From NCBI GenBank assembly GCA_021791895.1, contig JAJYVS010000005.1, positions 16,002 through 80,001 on the forward strand: 64,000 nt of DNA. Reading direction: 5' to 3'. Position 1 is the first letter of the stretch, and every line of letters starts with the position of its first letter. This document shows, one piece after another, positions 19,663 to 28,472 of the stretch. The DNA comes from Actinomycetes bacterium (GTDB taxonomy: Bacteria > Actinomycetota > Acidimicrobiia > Acidimicrobiales > RAAP-2). Below the pieces are notes generated by a model. The model was given only the letters and a program-made list of their open reading frames with translations, was not told the DNA's origin and searched no databases. The position numbers and the translations under genes are program-made.

Positions 19663-19956
19663 GTGACCGCCGACGGGCCGACCCTCGCCCCGCCGTCCTT
19701 CGACGCCAGCCGCCCGTGGCGGCTGCACCCCCAAGTGGCGTTGCGGGACGAGGCTTTCGGGGCGCTCGCCTACCACTATGGGAACCGTCGCCTGGTCTTC
19801 CTGCGCTCCCCGGCATTGGTCGAACTGGTGCGGTCGCTCGAACACTTCGACAGCGCGGAGGCGGCCCTCGCCGCCACCGTGGGGGAACGGCGCCGGCATG
19901 GCTACCGGGAGGCGCTGGCCCGGCTGGCGGCCTCCGAGGTGCTCGATGCCCGCTGA
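19663..19956 (+). CDS. mftB: Mycofactocin peptide chaperone MftB (RRE/PqqD-like)
   Basis: WRLHPQVALRDEAFGALAYHYGNRRLVFL motif. Confidence 0.93.
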   Translation: MTADGPTLAPPSFDASRPWRLHPQVALRDEAFGALAYHYGNRRLVFLRSPALVELVRSLEHFDSAEAALAATVGERRRHGYREALARLAASEVLDAR

Positions 19957-21073
19957 GCTCCACTCCGGGCTCCGGGACAGGCTCGCGCTCGGGCTGGACG
20001 CCCCCATCTGCCTCACCTGGGAGCTGACCTACGCCTGCAACCTGGCCTGCATCCACTGCCTGAGCTCGTCGGGCCGTCGAGACCCCCGCGAGCTGTCGAC
20101 CGACGAGGCCAAGGCGGTGATTGACGAGCTCGAGGCCATGGCGGTCTTCTACGTCAACATCGGTGGCGGGGAGCCGATGACCCGGCCGGACTTCTTCGAG
20201 CTCGTGGGCTACGCGGTCGACCACCGGGTGGGGGTGAAGTTCTCCACCAACGGCACCCGGCTGGACCGGGCCAAGGCCGAGCGGCTGGCGGCCATGGACT
20301 ACGTCGACGTGCAGATCAGCCTGGACGGCGCGACCGAGGAGACCAACGACGCGGTCCGCGGCGTCGGCAGCTATCGCTCGGCCCGGCGGGCGATGGACCA
20401 CCTCGCCGCAGCCGACTTCGGCCCGTTCAAGATCAGCGTTGTGGTCACCCGCCACAATGTGGGCCAGCTCGACGCCCTGGCCGCGATGGCCGGACACTAC
20501 GGCGCCCAGCTGCGGCTCACCCGGCTCCGTCCCTCGGGCCGGGGTGCGGACACCTGGGCCGAGCTCCACCCAAGCTTCGCCCAGCAGCGCGACCTCTACG
20601 AGTGGCTGCGGGACCGCCCCGAGGTGCTGACCGGGGACTCGTTCTTTCATCTCTCGGCCTTGGGGGAACCGCTCGAGGGGCTGAACCTCTGCGGGGCGGG
20701 CCGCGTGGTGTGCCTGATCGACCCGGTGGGGGACGTCTACGCCTGCCCCTTCGTCCTGCACGACGAGTTCAAGGCGGGCAACGTCCGCGCCCCGGGTGGG
20801 TTCAGCGCGCTCTGGCGGCACTCCGAACTGTTCGCCTCGTTGCGCGAACCCACGAGCGCCGGCGCCTGCGCCTCCTGCGGCTCCTACGACTCCTGCCGGG
20901 GCGGGTGCATGGCGGCCAAGTTCTTCACCGGCATGCCGCTCGACGGCCCGGACCCCGAGTGCGCGCTCGGCCACGGGGACGCGGAGCTGGCCGAGCTCGG
21001 GGGCCACGGCCGGCCGACACCTTCCGCCGACCACTCGGTCCGGGTCCCGGTGCGGCTCGTGGCGCGTGCCTGA
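19946..21073 (+). CDS. mftC: Mycofactocin radical SAM maturase MftC (SPASM)
   Basis: APICLTWELTYACNLACIHC, GGGEP, and the SPASM cysteines CGAGRVVC...ACP...CASC..YDSCRGGC. Confidence 0.96.
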   Translation: MPAELHSGLRDRLALGLDAPICLTWELTYACNLACIHCLSSSGRRDPRELSTDEAKAVIDELEAMAVFYVNIGGGEPMTRPDFFELVGYAVDHRVGVKFSTNGTRLDRAKAERLAAMDYVDVQISLDGATEETNDAVRGVGSYRSARRAMDHLAAADFGPFKISVVVTRHNVGQLDALAAMAGHYGAQLRLTRLRPSGRGADTWAELHPSFAQQRDLYEWLRDRPEVLTGDSFFHLSALGEPLEGLNLCGAGRVVCLIDPVGDVYACPFVLHDEFKAGNVRAPGGFSALWRHSELFASLREPTSAGACASCGSYDSCRGGCMAAKFFTGMPLDGPDPECALGHGDAELAELGGHGRPTPSADHSVRVPVRLVARA

Positions 21074-21785
21074 CCGGGACCTCGAGGCCCCTACCTGGCC
21101 CGAGGTCGGCGCGATGGGCGGGAGGTGCCTGTTGGTGATCCCACTCGGCTCCTTCGAGCAGCACGGCCCGCACCTCCCGCTCGACACCGACACCACCATC
21201 GCCCGGGCGCTCACCGAAGGGGTCGCCGACCTCCCCTACGTCCTCGTCGCCCCGGCCCTCGCCTACGGCGCCAGTGGGGAGCACCAGGGGTTCTCGGGCA
21301 CGCTCTCCATCGGGACCGAGGCGCTCACCGAGGTCCTGGTCGAGCTGGTCCGCTCGGCCCGTGACAGCTGTGCCGCCGTCGTGGCGGTCTGCGCGCACGG
21401 GGGCAACGCCGAGGGGTTGGCGACGGCCAAGCGGCGCTGCGCCGCCGAAGGTGACCGGCTGTTCGTCTTCGCCGCCCGGATCGACGGGGGCGACGCCCAC
21501 GCCGGCCGGACCGAGACGTCGCTCATGCTGGCGATCGCCCCCGACGAGGTCCGCACGGGCGAGCTGGTCCCGGGGCGGACCGACGACCTCGAGACCCTCT
21601 GGCCCGAGCTCCGGGCCGGCGGGGTGCGGGCCGTCTCGGCCAGCGGTGTGCTCGGGGACCCCACCCTGGCTACCGCGGCGGAGGGCCGCCTGCTGCTCGG
21701 CACCCTCCTCGACCAGTTGGCCGGCGCCCTCGAGTCGTGGTGGCAGGAGCTGGCGGCCACCAGCACCGGGTCGGGTCGGTCGTGA
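21066..21785 (+). CDS. mftE: Mycofactocin peptidase MftE (creatininase family)
   Basis: EQHGPHLPLDTD, HGGN and DAHAGRTETS. GTG start overlaps the end of mftC. Confidence 0.92.
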   Translation: MPDRDLEAPTWPEVGAMGGRCLLVIPLGSFEQHGPHLPLDTDTTIARALTEGVADLPYVLVAPALAYGASGEHQGFSGTLSIGTEALTEVLVELVRSARDSCAAVVAVCAHGGNAEGLATAKRRCAAEGDRLFVFAARIDGGDAHAGRTETSLMLAIAPDEVRTGELVPGRTDDLETLWPELRAGGVRAVSASGVLGDPTLATAAEGRLLLGTLLDQLAGALESWWQELAATSTGSGRS

Positions 21786-22567
21786 CCAAGGTGGCCGTCG
21801 TCACCGGGGCCGCCCGCGGGGTTGGCGCCGCCATCGTCGGACACCTGGTCGCCGACGGCTGGTCGGTGGTCGCCGTCGACGCCTGTCGCGACGACCCGGC
21901 GATCCCGTACCCGCTCGCTTCCCCGGAGGACCTCGGGGCTCTCGCCGATCGCCACGGGCCGTCGGTGGCGCCCTTCGTCGGCGACGTCCGCTCCGGCGCC
22001 GACATGGCGACGGCGGTCGAGCTGGCCCAGGAGCGGTTCGGTCCGCTCGACGCCGCGGTCGCCGCCGCCGGGGTCCTCGCCGGCGGCGGACCGGTGTGGG
22101 AGACCGACGAGGCGGTGTGGCGCACCCTCTTCGACGTGAACGTGGTCGGCGTGCTCCGGCTGGCCGCCGCGGCCATCCCGGCACTCGTCGCCCGGCCGGT
22201 GCCTCGACAGGGTCGCTTCGTGGCCCTCTCGTCTGCGGCCGGCCTGCTCGGGTTGCGCCGGCTCGGCGCCTACGTCGCCTCCAAGCACGCGGTGATCGGG
22301 CTGGTCCGGGCGCTGGCCGCCGACCTGGCCGGGACCGGTGTGACGGCCAACGCGTTGTGCCCGGGTTCCACGCGCACCACCATTCTCGAGGCCTCGGCCC
22401 GGATCTACGGCCTGAGCTCGGTCGAGGAGTTCGACGGCCAGGCGCTCCTCGAGCGGCTCTTGGAACCCGAGGAGCCGGCGGCGCTGGCCGCCTGGCTGTG
22501 CGGGGTCGCGTCGAGCGGGATCACCGGGGCGGTGCTCCCCGTCGACGGCGGGATGACGACCTTCTGA
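21782..22567 (+). CDS. Mycofactocin-coupled SDR oxidoreductase
   Basis: TGAARGVG and YVASKH, plus the DACRDDPAIPYPLAS insertion typical of mycofactocin-linked SDRs. Confidence 0.85.
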   Translation: MTKVAVVTGAARGVGAAIVGHLVADGWSVVAVDACRDDPAIPYPLASPEDLGALADRHGPSVAPFVGDVRSGADMATAVELAQERFGPLDAAVAAAGVLAGGGPVWETDEAVWRTLFDVNVVGVLRLAAAAIPALVARPVPRQGRFVALSSAAGLLGLRRLGAYVASKHAVIGLVRALAADLAGTGVTANALCPGSTRTTILEASARIYGLSSVEEFDGQALLERLLEPEEPAALAAWLCGVASSGITGAVLPVDGGMTTF

Positions 22568-22702
22568 CACCCGGTGGCCGATCGCTCACGCCGGCGACCC
22601 GGCGGTAGCGTGGGCCGCCCGCCCGGCACCCGGGTGCGGCAGAGGAGGGGCCGATGGTGCCGAGCGGCCGGTCCGCCCCGGCGGCGGTGAGGGGCTGAGC
22701 CG

Positions 22703-23371
22703 GTGGCGGTCGCGTCATCGGACCCCGCGCTGGCGGCTCTGGCCCCCCTGACCGTCCTCGACCACCCGGTGGTCGCCGACCGGCTGGTGCACCTGCGCGA
22801 CCGGGCGACCGACAACGCCACCTTCCGGCGCCTGACCGCCGAGATCGCCGCGTTGGTCGCCTACGAGGCCCTGCGGGACCTCGAGACCGAGCCGACCACC
22901 GTCTCGACCCCGGTGGCCGCCGTCGCCCCCGGTCGCCGGATCTCCGAAACCCCTCTCCTCGTCCCGGTCCTGCGGGCCGGCCTCGGGATGGTGCCGGCCA
23001 TCACCGCCATGCTCCCGCCGGTCGAGGTGGCCCACGTCGGCCTGCGGCGCGACGAGGCCACCTTGCACTCGACCATGTACCTCGACGCCCTGCCCCGCTC
23101 GCTCGCCGGGCGCCGGGTCGTGGTGTGCGATCCAATGCTCGCCACCGGCGGCACCCTGGTGAAGGTGTGCGACGTCGTGGTGGTGAGGGGAGCGGCGGCG
23201 GTGGTGGTCCTGTGCCTGCTGGCCTCGTTGCCCGGGCTCCGCCGGTTCCGGGCCGCCCACCCGGGCGTCCCGGTCGCCTGCGCCGCCGTCGACCCGGCGT
23301 TGGACGAGAACGGCTACATCGTCCCGGGGCTCGGCGACGCCGGGGACCGGCTCTTCGGCCCCCCGGCATAG
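22703..23371 (+). CDS. upp: Uracil phosphoribosyltransferase
   Basis: VPVLRAGLGM, DPMLATGGT and YIVPGLGDAGDRLFG. Confidence 0.93.
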   Translation: MAVASSDPALAALAPLTVLDHPVVADRLVHLRDRATDNATFRRLTAEIAALVAYEALRDLETEPTTVSTPVAAVAPGRRISETPLLVPVLRAGLGMVPAITAMLPPVEVAHVGLRRDEATLHSTMYLDALPRSLAGRRVVVCDPMLATGGTLVKVCDVVVVRGAAAVVVLCLLASLPGLRRFRAAHPGVPVACAAVDPALDENGYIVPGLGDAGDRLFGPPA

Positions 23372-23384
23372 CGATCGGGCGTCG

Positions 23385-23858
23385 TCAGCGCCCGATGTCC
23401 TCGAACCACAGCTCCGGCCGGGCGGCGACGAAGCCGGCCAGCAGCTCGATGCACGCCGGGTCGGCCAGGTCGAGCACCTCGACGCCGTGCTCGGCCAACC
23501 ACTCGTGGCCGCCGAAGAAGTTCTCCGACTCACCAATGACCACGGCCCCGATGCCGAACTGACGCACCAGCCCGCTGCAGAACCAGCAGGGGGAGAGGGT
23601 GGTGACCATGACCGTCCCCGAGTAGTCGCGCCGTCGACCCGCCTCCCGGAAGGCGTCGGTCTCCGCGTGCGCCGAGGGGTCGTCGTCCTGGACCCGCCGG
23701 TTCCGGCCCCGCCCGAGGAGCTGCCCGTCCCTGGTGAACAGCGCCGCACCCACCGGGATCCCTCCTTCGGCCAGACCGGCCCTCGCCTCCTCCAAGGCCA
23801 CGGCGAGGAACTGACGGGCCTGGTCGGGCGAGATGGGTGACCGGTCATTTGCGGTCAT
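23385..23858 (-). CDS. Zn-dependent nucleoside/nucleobase deaminase (CDA fold, cytosine-deaminase-like)
   Basis: GGIPVGAAL, HAETDAF, TTLSPCWFC and WFEDIG terminus. Confidence 0.85.
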   Translation of the reverse strand: MTANDRSPISPDQARQFLAVALEEARAGLAEGGIPVGAALFTRDGQLLGRGRNRRVQDDDPSAHAETDAFREAGRRRDYSGTVMVTTLSPCWFCSGLVRQFGIGAVVIGESENFFGGHEWLAEHGVEVLDLADPACIELLAGFVAARPELWFEDIGR

Positions 23859-23884
23859 CGGTGTCCTCCGGTCAGAGTCGGACG

Positions 23885-24550
23885 GTGACGGTGCGCCACG
23901 GTACCTACCGGGTGGCGGTGGGCTCCCAGGAGCTGGAGATCCCACTCGTCCCCTTGGCCGAGGACCTGACCATCGCGTTGCTCATCTCGGTCGATCTCGG
24001 TGTGGCCTTCGCCCAGCGGGCCGGGGGAGAGCTGGCCGCCAAGCTCTCGCCCTACGAACCCGAGATCGTGGTGTCAGTGGCCACCATGGGGATCCCGATC
24101 GCCATCGAGGTCACGAGGGCTCTCGGGTTCGACGACTACGTGATCCTGCACAAGACGCCCAAGATCCACCTGGCCGACGCGATCGCCGAGCCGGTCCGCT
24201 CGATCACGACGGCCTCCGCCCAGCGGTTGCTGTTCGACCGGGCCCGCCTGGCTTCGGTCGCCGGCCACCGGGTGGCCGTGGTCGACGACGTCATCTCGAC
24301 CGGCGGCTCGACCAAGGCGGCGCTCAACCTCATGCGGCGCGTCGGGGCCGAGCCGGTGGTGGTGGGGACCCTCGTGACCGAGGGCGCCCAGTGGCGCTCG
24401 AACCTGGGCGACGATGCCGCGTTGGTCCAGGCGCTGGGCTCGATCCCGCTGTTCCGCCACGGCCCCGCCGGCTCGCTGGTCGAGGACTGGGAGGGCCTGG
24501 GGGGCTCCACGCCGGCACAGGCGGCCTCGAGCGCCGCCGGCGAGGTCTGA
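23885..24550 (+). CDS. Type I phosphoribosyltransferase (APRT/XPRT-like)
   Basis: VATMGIPIA and the VVDDVISTGGS PRPP motif. Confidence 0.8.
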   Translation: MTVRHGTYRVAVGSQELEIPLVPLAEDLTIALLISVDLGVAFAQRAGGELAAKLSPYEPEIVVSVATMGIPIAIEVTRALGFDDYVILHKTPKIHLADAIAEPVRSITTASAQRLLFDRARLASVAGHRVAVVDDVISTGGSTKAALNLMRRVGAEPVVVGTLVTEGAQWRSNLGDDAALVQALGSIPLFRHGPAGSLVEDWEGLGGSTPAQAASSAAGEV

Positions 24551-24835
24551 CGCTCGGGCCGGCAGGCGCAGCGAATCCGGCGACGGCCCGGTCGAAGAGG
24601 CTCCTCGGAACCTCGAGGAGATCGACGGCTTCCCGGAGCGGTCGAAACCGCGCGTGCCGATCCAGAGGACTCGTACGCCGCCATTCGTGTAGCCCACGGC
24701 CCGTCCCAGGCGGCAAAGGCAATCCGCGTCGCACCGGAGAGGTCGGCGAAGACCCGAGGACCCTGCGGTCCGGTGGCGTTTGCGGTGGTTCTGAGCCACG
24801 GGCCATTCCTCGGTTATCAACCAAGGGGGAAGGCT

Positions 24836-25084
24836 GTGAGCAGGCGCGAGACCGAACGGCGGGCCGGGGTCCTTTTCGTCATCCCCGCCACGGCCTTCGC
24901 CGCACTCATCTTCGGTGCCACCACCCCGGCATTTGCCGCCAAGATTCGTGGGTGGGTATGGGTGGGAGCGCTTTGCCGAAGTCGGGACCGGGGGATCGGT
25001 GTCCCGCAGGGACCGGTCTCTTCCGGTTCACTCGGGCGGTGGCCGACAGCCATCGAGGGCACCGCGCCCGGTGTCCCCGGGTGA
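24836..25084 (+). CDS. Possible small secreted protein or gene remnant
   Basis: AGGGGG RBS and a signal-peptide-like N-terminus (RRAGVLFVIPATAFAALIFGATTPAFAA). Codon usage is atypical downstream. Confidence 0.3.
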   Translation: MSRRETERRAGVLFVIPATAFAALIFGATTPAFAAKIRGWVWVGALCRSRDRGIGVPQGPVSSGSLGRWPTAIEGTAPGVPG

Positions 25085-25222
25085 GAACCCCACGTTGTGC
25101 GGCGCTTCGTTGGCCGATCCGCCCAGAATCCGGCGCGTCGACGACCGCGGAACGTCGCTACGCGACCGCCCGACCGCCCGAACGCCCGCCGCTCCTCGAT
25201 CGTCAGGTCGTGGAGAGCGGTC

Positions 25223-26710
25223 CTACGAGGGCTCACCGAGCGCGGCCAGCATGGAGTCCTGGACGTCGGCCTGGCTCCGCACCCCCCGCCAGCCCAAGGC
25301 CAGATAGACGAGTGCCGCGACCCCGACGCCGAGGAACACGCTGAAGTCGGCCCCGAAGCCGTACTTGTCGGCGGTGTGGTACGTGACCAGGTTGAGCCAG
25401 TGGGGCAGGTGGAAGGTGGCCGCCAGGGCCTCGACGGCGGCGAACATCCCGACGAGCTGGGCGATGATCGCCGGCCAGAAGACGCCGCCGCTGCGGTAGT
25501 AGAGACCGCCCCGGTCGGTCCGCTGGAGCTCGGCCGGCACGTAGCGCCGCCGCCGCATCCACCAGTCGACGATGAAGATGCCGAACCAGGGCGCGATCCA
25601 GACGATGACCAGGTCGACAAAGTCCTTCAGATAGGTGTTGAAGGAGGTATTGAAGATGGCCGTCATCGCGACCGCCCCGGCGAGGATGCAGTCGATGACG
25701 ACCGCCCAGTCGCGCTTGATCTTCGCCCCCAGTGCCTGCAAGGTCACCCCCGAGGAGTACAGGTCCAGGCTGTTGATGGCGAACAGCTGGAGGATGCTGA
25801 AGATCAAGAAGACGTCGACGAACCAGGCCGGGATGAAGGATTGGTGGATGAAGGGCTTGAAGGCGTTGGCCGAGCTCCCGACGTTGCCGAGGAAGGTGCC
25901 GACCGTCGCTCCGAGCAGCATGATCAGGATCTCGGGAACGGCGGTGCCGAGGAACACCCAGCCCACGATGCCGGCCTTCGAGGTCTCCGGAGGGCAGTAG
26001 CGGGTGTAGTCGTTACCGTTCTCGGTCCAGCCGAGGCCCGAGAGCACGATGACGAAGGCCAGGCCCTCCATGTAGGTCTGCCAGTCGGCCGGATGCGCCA
26101 CGCCGTGGGTGGTGGCGTGGGGAATGGCGAAGCCGAGCAGGATCGCGAACAGGATCACGAACGGCACCACGAGCGCCCGGAGCGTCTTCAGGATCGTGGC
26201 ATGGCCGAGGAACGGCAGGACCCCCTGGATGACCACCGCGATGAGCAGGAAGATCACCTTGGCGGCGTCGCCACCGGCGAACCCGGCCTTGGCCTGGAGG
26301 ACGAGCGCCGCTCCCACGATCAGGATGAGCCCCTCCACCTCGAAGCCGATCTGGGTGAGCCAGTTGAACAGCGAGATGAGCCGGGAGCCGTTGGGTCCGA
26401 ACCCGGCCCGGTTGGTGGCGAAGACCGTCGTGCCGGTCTGGGGTGCCTGCAGGCTGGCCAGGCCGAGCAAGAAGTAGGAGAGGTTCCCGATCAGGATCAG
26501 GCTCAGCGCCTGGGCGAAGTTGAGCCCGAAGGTCATGAGGACGGCGCCGTAGATGAAGTACTCGATCTGGATGCTGGCGCCGGCCCACATCGCGCCGACG
26601 TCGCGGGGTCTCGCCCACCGCTCGGCGGCCGGGACGTAGTCGATCCCGTGGGTCTCGATCCGGAACGCCTGATCCGTGGCGGGCAGCGCCTCCTCCACGA
26701 TGGTGGCCAT
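25223..26710 (-). CDS. NCS1 purine-cytosine permease family transporter
   Basis: IETHGIDYVPAAER, GFGPNGS, NDYTRY and NSLDLYSSGVTLQ; about 12 TM helices; GGAGGAGG RBS. Confidence 0.9.
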   Translation of the reverse strand: MATIVEEALPATDQAFRIETHGIDYVPAAERWARPRDVGAMWAGASIQIEYFIYGAVLMTFGLNFAQALSLILIGNLSYFLLGLASLQAPQTGTTVFATNRAGFGPNGSRLISLFNWLTQIGFEVEGLILIVGAALVLQAKAGFAGGDAAKVIFLLIAVVIQGVLPFLGHATILKTLRALVVPFVILFAILLGFAIPHATTHGVAHPADWQTYMEGLAFVIVLSGLGWTENGNDYTRYCPPETSKAGIVGWVFLGTAVPEILIMLLGATVGTFLGNVGSSANAFKPFIHQSFIPAWFVDVFLIFSILQLFAINSLDLYSSGVTLQALGAKIKRDWAVVIDCILAGAVAMTAIFNTSFNTYLKDFVDLVIVWIAPWFGIFIVDWWMRRRRYVPAELQRTDRGGLYYRSGGVFWPAIIAQLVGMFAAVEALAATFHLPHWLNLVTYHTADKYGFGADFSVFLGVGVAALVYLALGWRGVRSQADVQDSMLAALGEPS

Positions 26711-26783
26711 GTCCCCTCCTCCCACACCGTCCTGCGCCTCGCCGAGACAGAAGGGCTCCCTGGGCCAAACCCGCGGCGCGAGA

Positions 26784-26813
26784 AGGATGGGCGACACCCA
26801 GGGGCCGCGTCAA
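26784..26813 (-). promoter_or_regulatory. Sigma70-type promoter of the permease
   Basis: Minus strand reads TTGACG-N18-CATCCT. Confidence 0.5.
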
Positions 26814-26934
26814 GCGGGCTGTTGAGGGCGGGTCGAGCCGTCAGGTCGGGTCACGGCGCGGCGCGCACGGTCGCCTTCGCCGACGAGCCTCCGACAGAGG
26901 AGGAACCGACCAGGGTCGCCTAGGGTCGCCGTCG

Positions 26935-28410
26935 ATGTTCGACGACGGCATCCCCGACCACGCCGGTCTGGCCGAGCTGGCAGAAGGTCTCGCCGCCGGC
27001 CGCTGGACCAGCGCGGGGCTGGTGGCGGCCTACCGCGCCCGCATCGAACGGCTGGACCCGGGCTTTGGCTCGGTGCGCGCGGTGGCGGACGACTGCGAGG
27101 AGCAGGCGAGGGCCAGCGACGCCCGCCGGGCGGCCTCCGGAGCGCGGAGCCCGCTCGAGGGTGTGCCGGTGGTCGTGAAGGACAACATCGACGTCGCCGG
27201 CGTCCCCACCACCGGTGGCGCCCTCGCCCTCGAGCACTCGGTTCCCGGGCGCGACGCCCCGCTGGTGCGGCGCCTGCGCGAGGCGGGGGCGGTGATCCTG
27301 GCCAAGACGAACCTCTCGGAGCTGGCCAACTTCCTCACCGAGGACATGCCCTCGGGCTACTCCTCCCTCGGGGGTCAGGTGCTGAACCCCTACGACACCG
27401 CCCTCACCCCGAGCGGGTCCTCCAGCGGGTCGGCCAGCGCGCTGTCGCTTGGTCTCGCCCCGGTCGCGGTGGGGACCGAGACCGACGGCTCGATCACCAG
27501 CCCGTGTGAGCACCAGAGCTTGGTGGGGGTGAAGCCCACTCTTGGGCTGGTGAGCCGGACCGGCATCCTGCCCATCGCCCCTAGCCAGGACACGGCGGGC
27601 CCGATGGCCGCCTCGGTCGCCGACGCCGCGACGCTCCTCGGGGTGATCGCCGGCAGTGACGCCGACGACCCGAGCACCGCGGGCGCCGACGAGGTCGCCG
27701 CCCGACTGCGCAGCCTCAGAACCGATTGGCCGTCCCTCACCGGGGCGCGTTTGGCCGTGGTCGTCGCAGTGCCCGAGGGCGCCCGGCGCGAGGTCGGTCG
27801 GAGCCGCGAGGACCGCCGGGGCTGTCACGACGCGCTGTTGGCCGCGCTCCGCTCGGCGGGGGCGGCGACCGTCGAGGTGGGCGTCGAGCCCCAGCCCCAG
27901 GACGACGAGATGGCCGTGCTGACCTTCGAGTTCGCCCCGGCGGTCGACGCCTACCTCGCCGCTCTGGGCCCGGCGGCGCCGGTCAAGACCATGGCCGAGC
28001 TGGCCCGGTGGAACGCCGCCCACGCCGACCGGGCGCTCAAGTTCGGCCAGGTCCACGTGGAGCAGGCCCTGGCGATCGACCATGAGACCGCCCGGGCCGC
28101 CCACGAGACGAGGCGCGACGGCGTTCGCGCCGCCGCGCTGAGCGCGCTCGAGGCGGCGATCGGGGACCGCGAGGCGATCCTCTTCCCCGGCTCCGGGGGG
28201 ACCAGCCTGGCCGCCCGGGCCGGGTGGCCGAGCCTCGTGCTCCCGGCCGGCTACGGGGCGGCGAGTCGTCGACCGGTCGGGGCGACCCTCGTGTCCCGAC
28301 CGTGGACCGAGCCTCGCCTGTTGGCCATCGCCGGTGGCCTGGAGCGGGCCCACCCGGTGCGACGCCCGCCCTGGGCGATCAACCCGGCGGCCTTCCGCGG
28401 CCTCGCCTGA
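26935..28410 (+). CDS. Amidase-signature family amidase
   Basis: VKDNID, SGSSSGS and [17 protein letters not shown] -10 lies 8 nt upstream, within a (C/T)AGGGTCGCC tandem repeat. Confidence 0.88.
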   Translation: MFDDGIPDHAGLAELAEGLAAGRWTSAGLVAAYRARIERLDPGFGSVRAVADDCEEQARASDARRAASGARSPLEGVPVVVKDNIDVAGVPTTGGALALEHSVPGRDAPLVRRLREAGAVILAKTNLSELANFLTEDMPSGYSSLGGQVLNPYDTALTPSGSSSGSASALSLGLAPVAVGTETDGSITSPCEHQSLVGVKPTLGLVSRTGILPIAPSQDTAGPMAASVADAATLLGVIAGSDADDPSTAGADEVAARLRSLRTDWPSLTGARLAVVVAVPEGARREVGRSREDRRGCHDALLAALRSAGAATVEVGVEPQPQDDEMAVLTFEFAPAVDAYLAALGPAAPVKTMAELARWNAAHADRALKFGQVHVEQALAIDHETARAAHETRRDGVRAAALSALEAAIGDREAILFPGSGGTSLAARAGWPSLVLPAGYGAASRRPVGATLVSRPWTEPRLLAIAGGLERAHPVRRPPWAINPAAFRGLA

Positions 28411-28472
28411 AAAGCGCCATCGCACCGGCCGGGCGGTCCGGGACGTCGCGGCGGTTCGGTAGCGTGCGACCG

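Noticed and set aside
24710..24805. Canonical c-di-GMP-I riboswitch
   Set aside because: Only the flanking words match. The GNRA loop, GACGCAAAGC and the P3 receptor are absent, so it is kept only as a weak finding.
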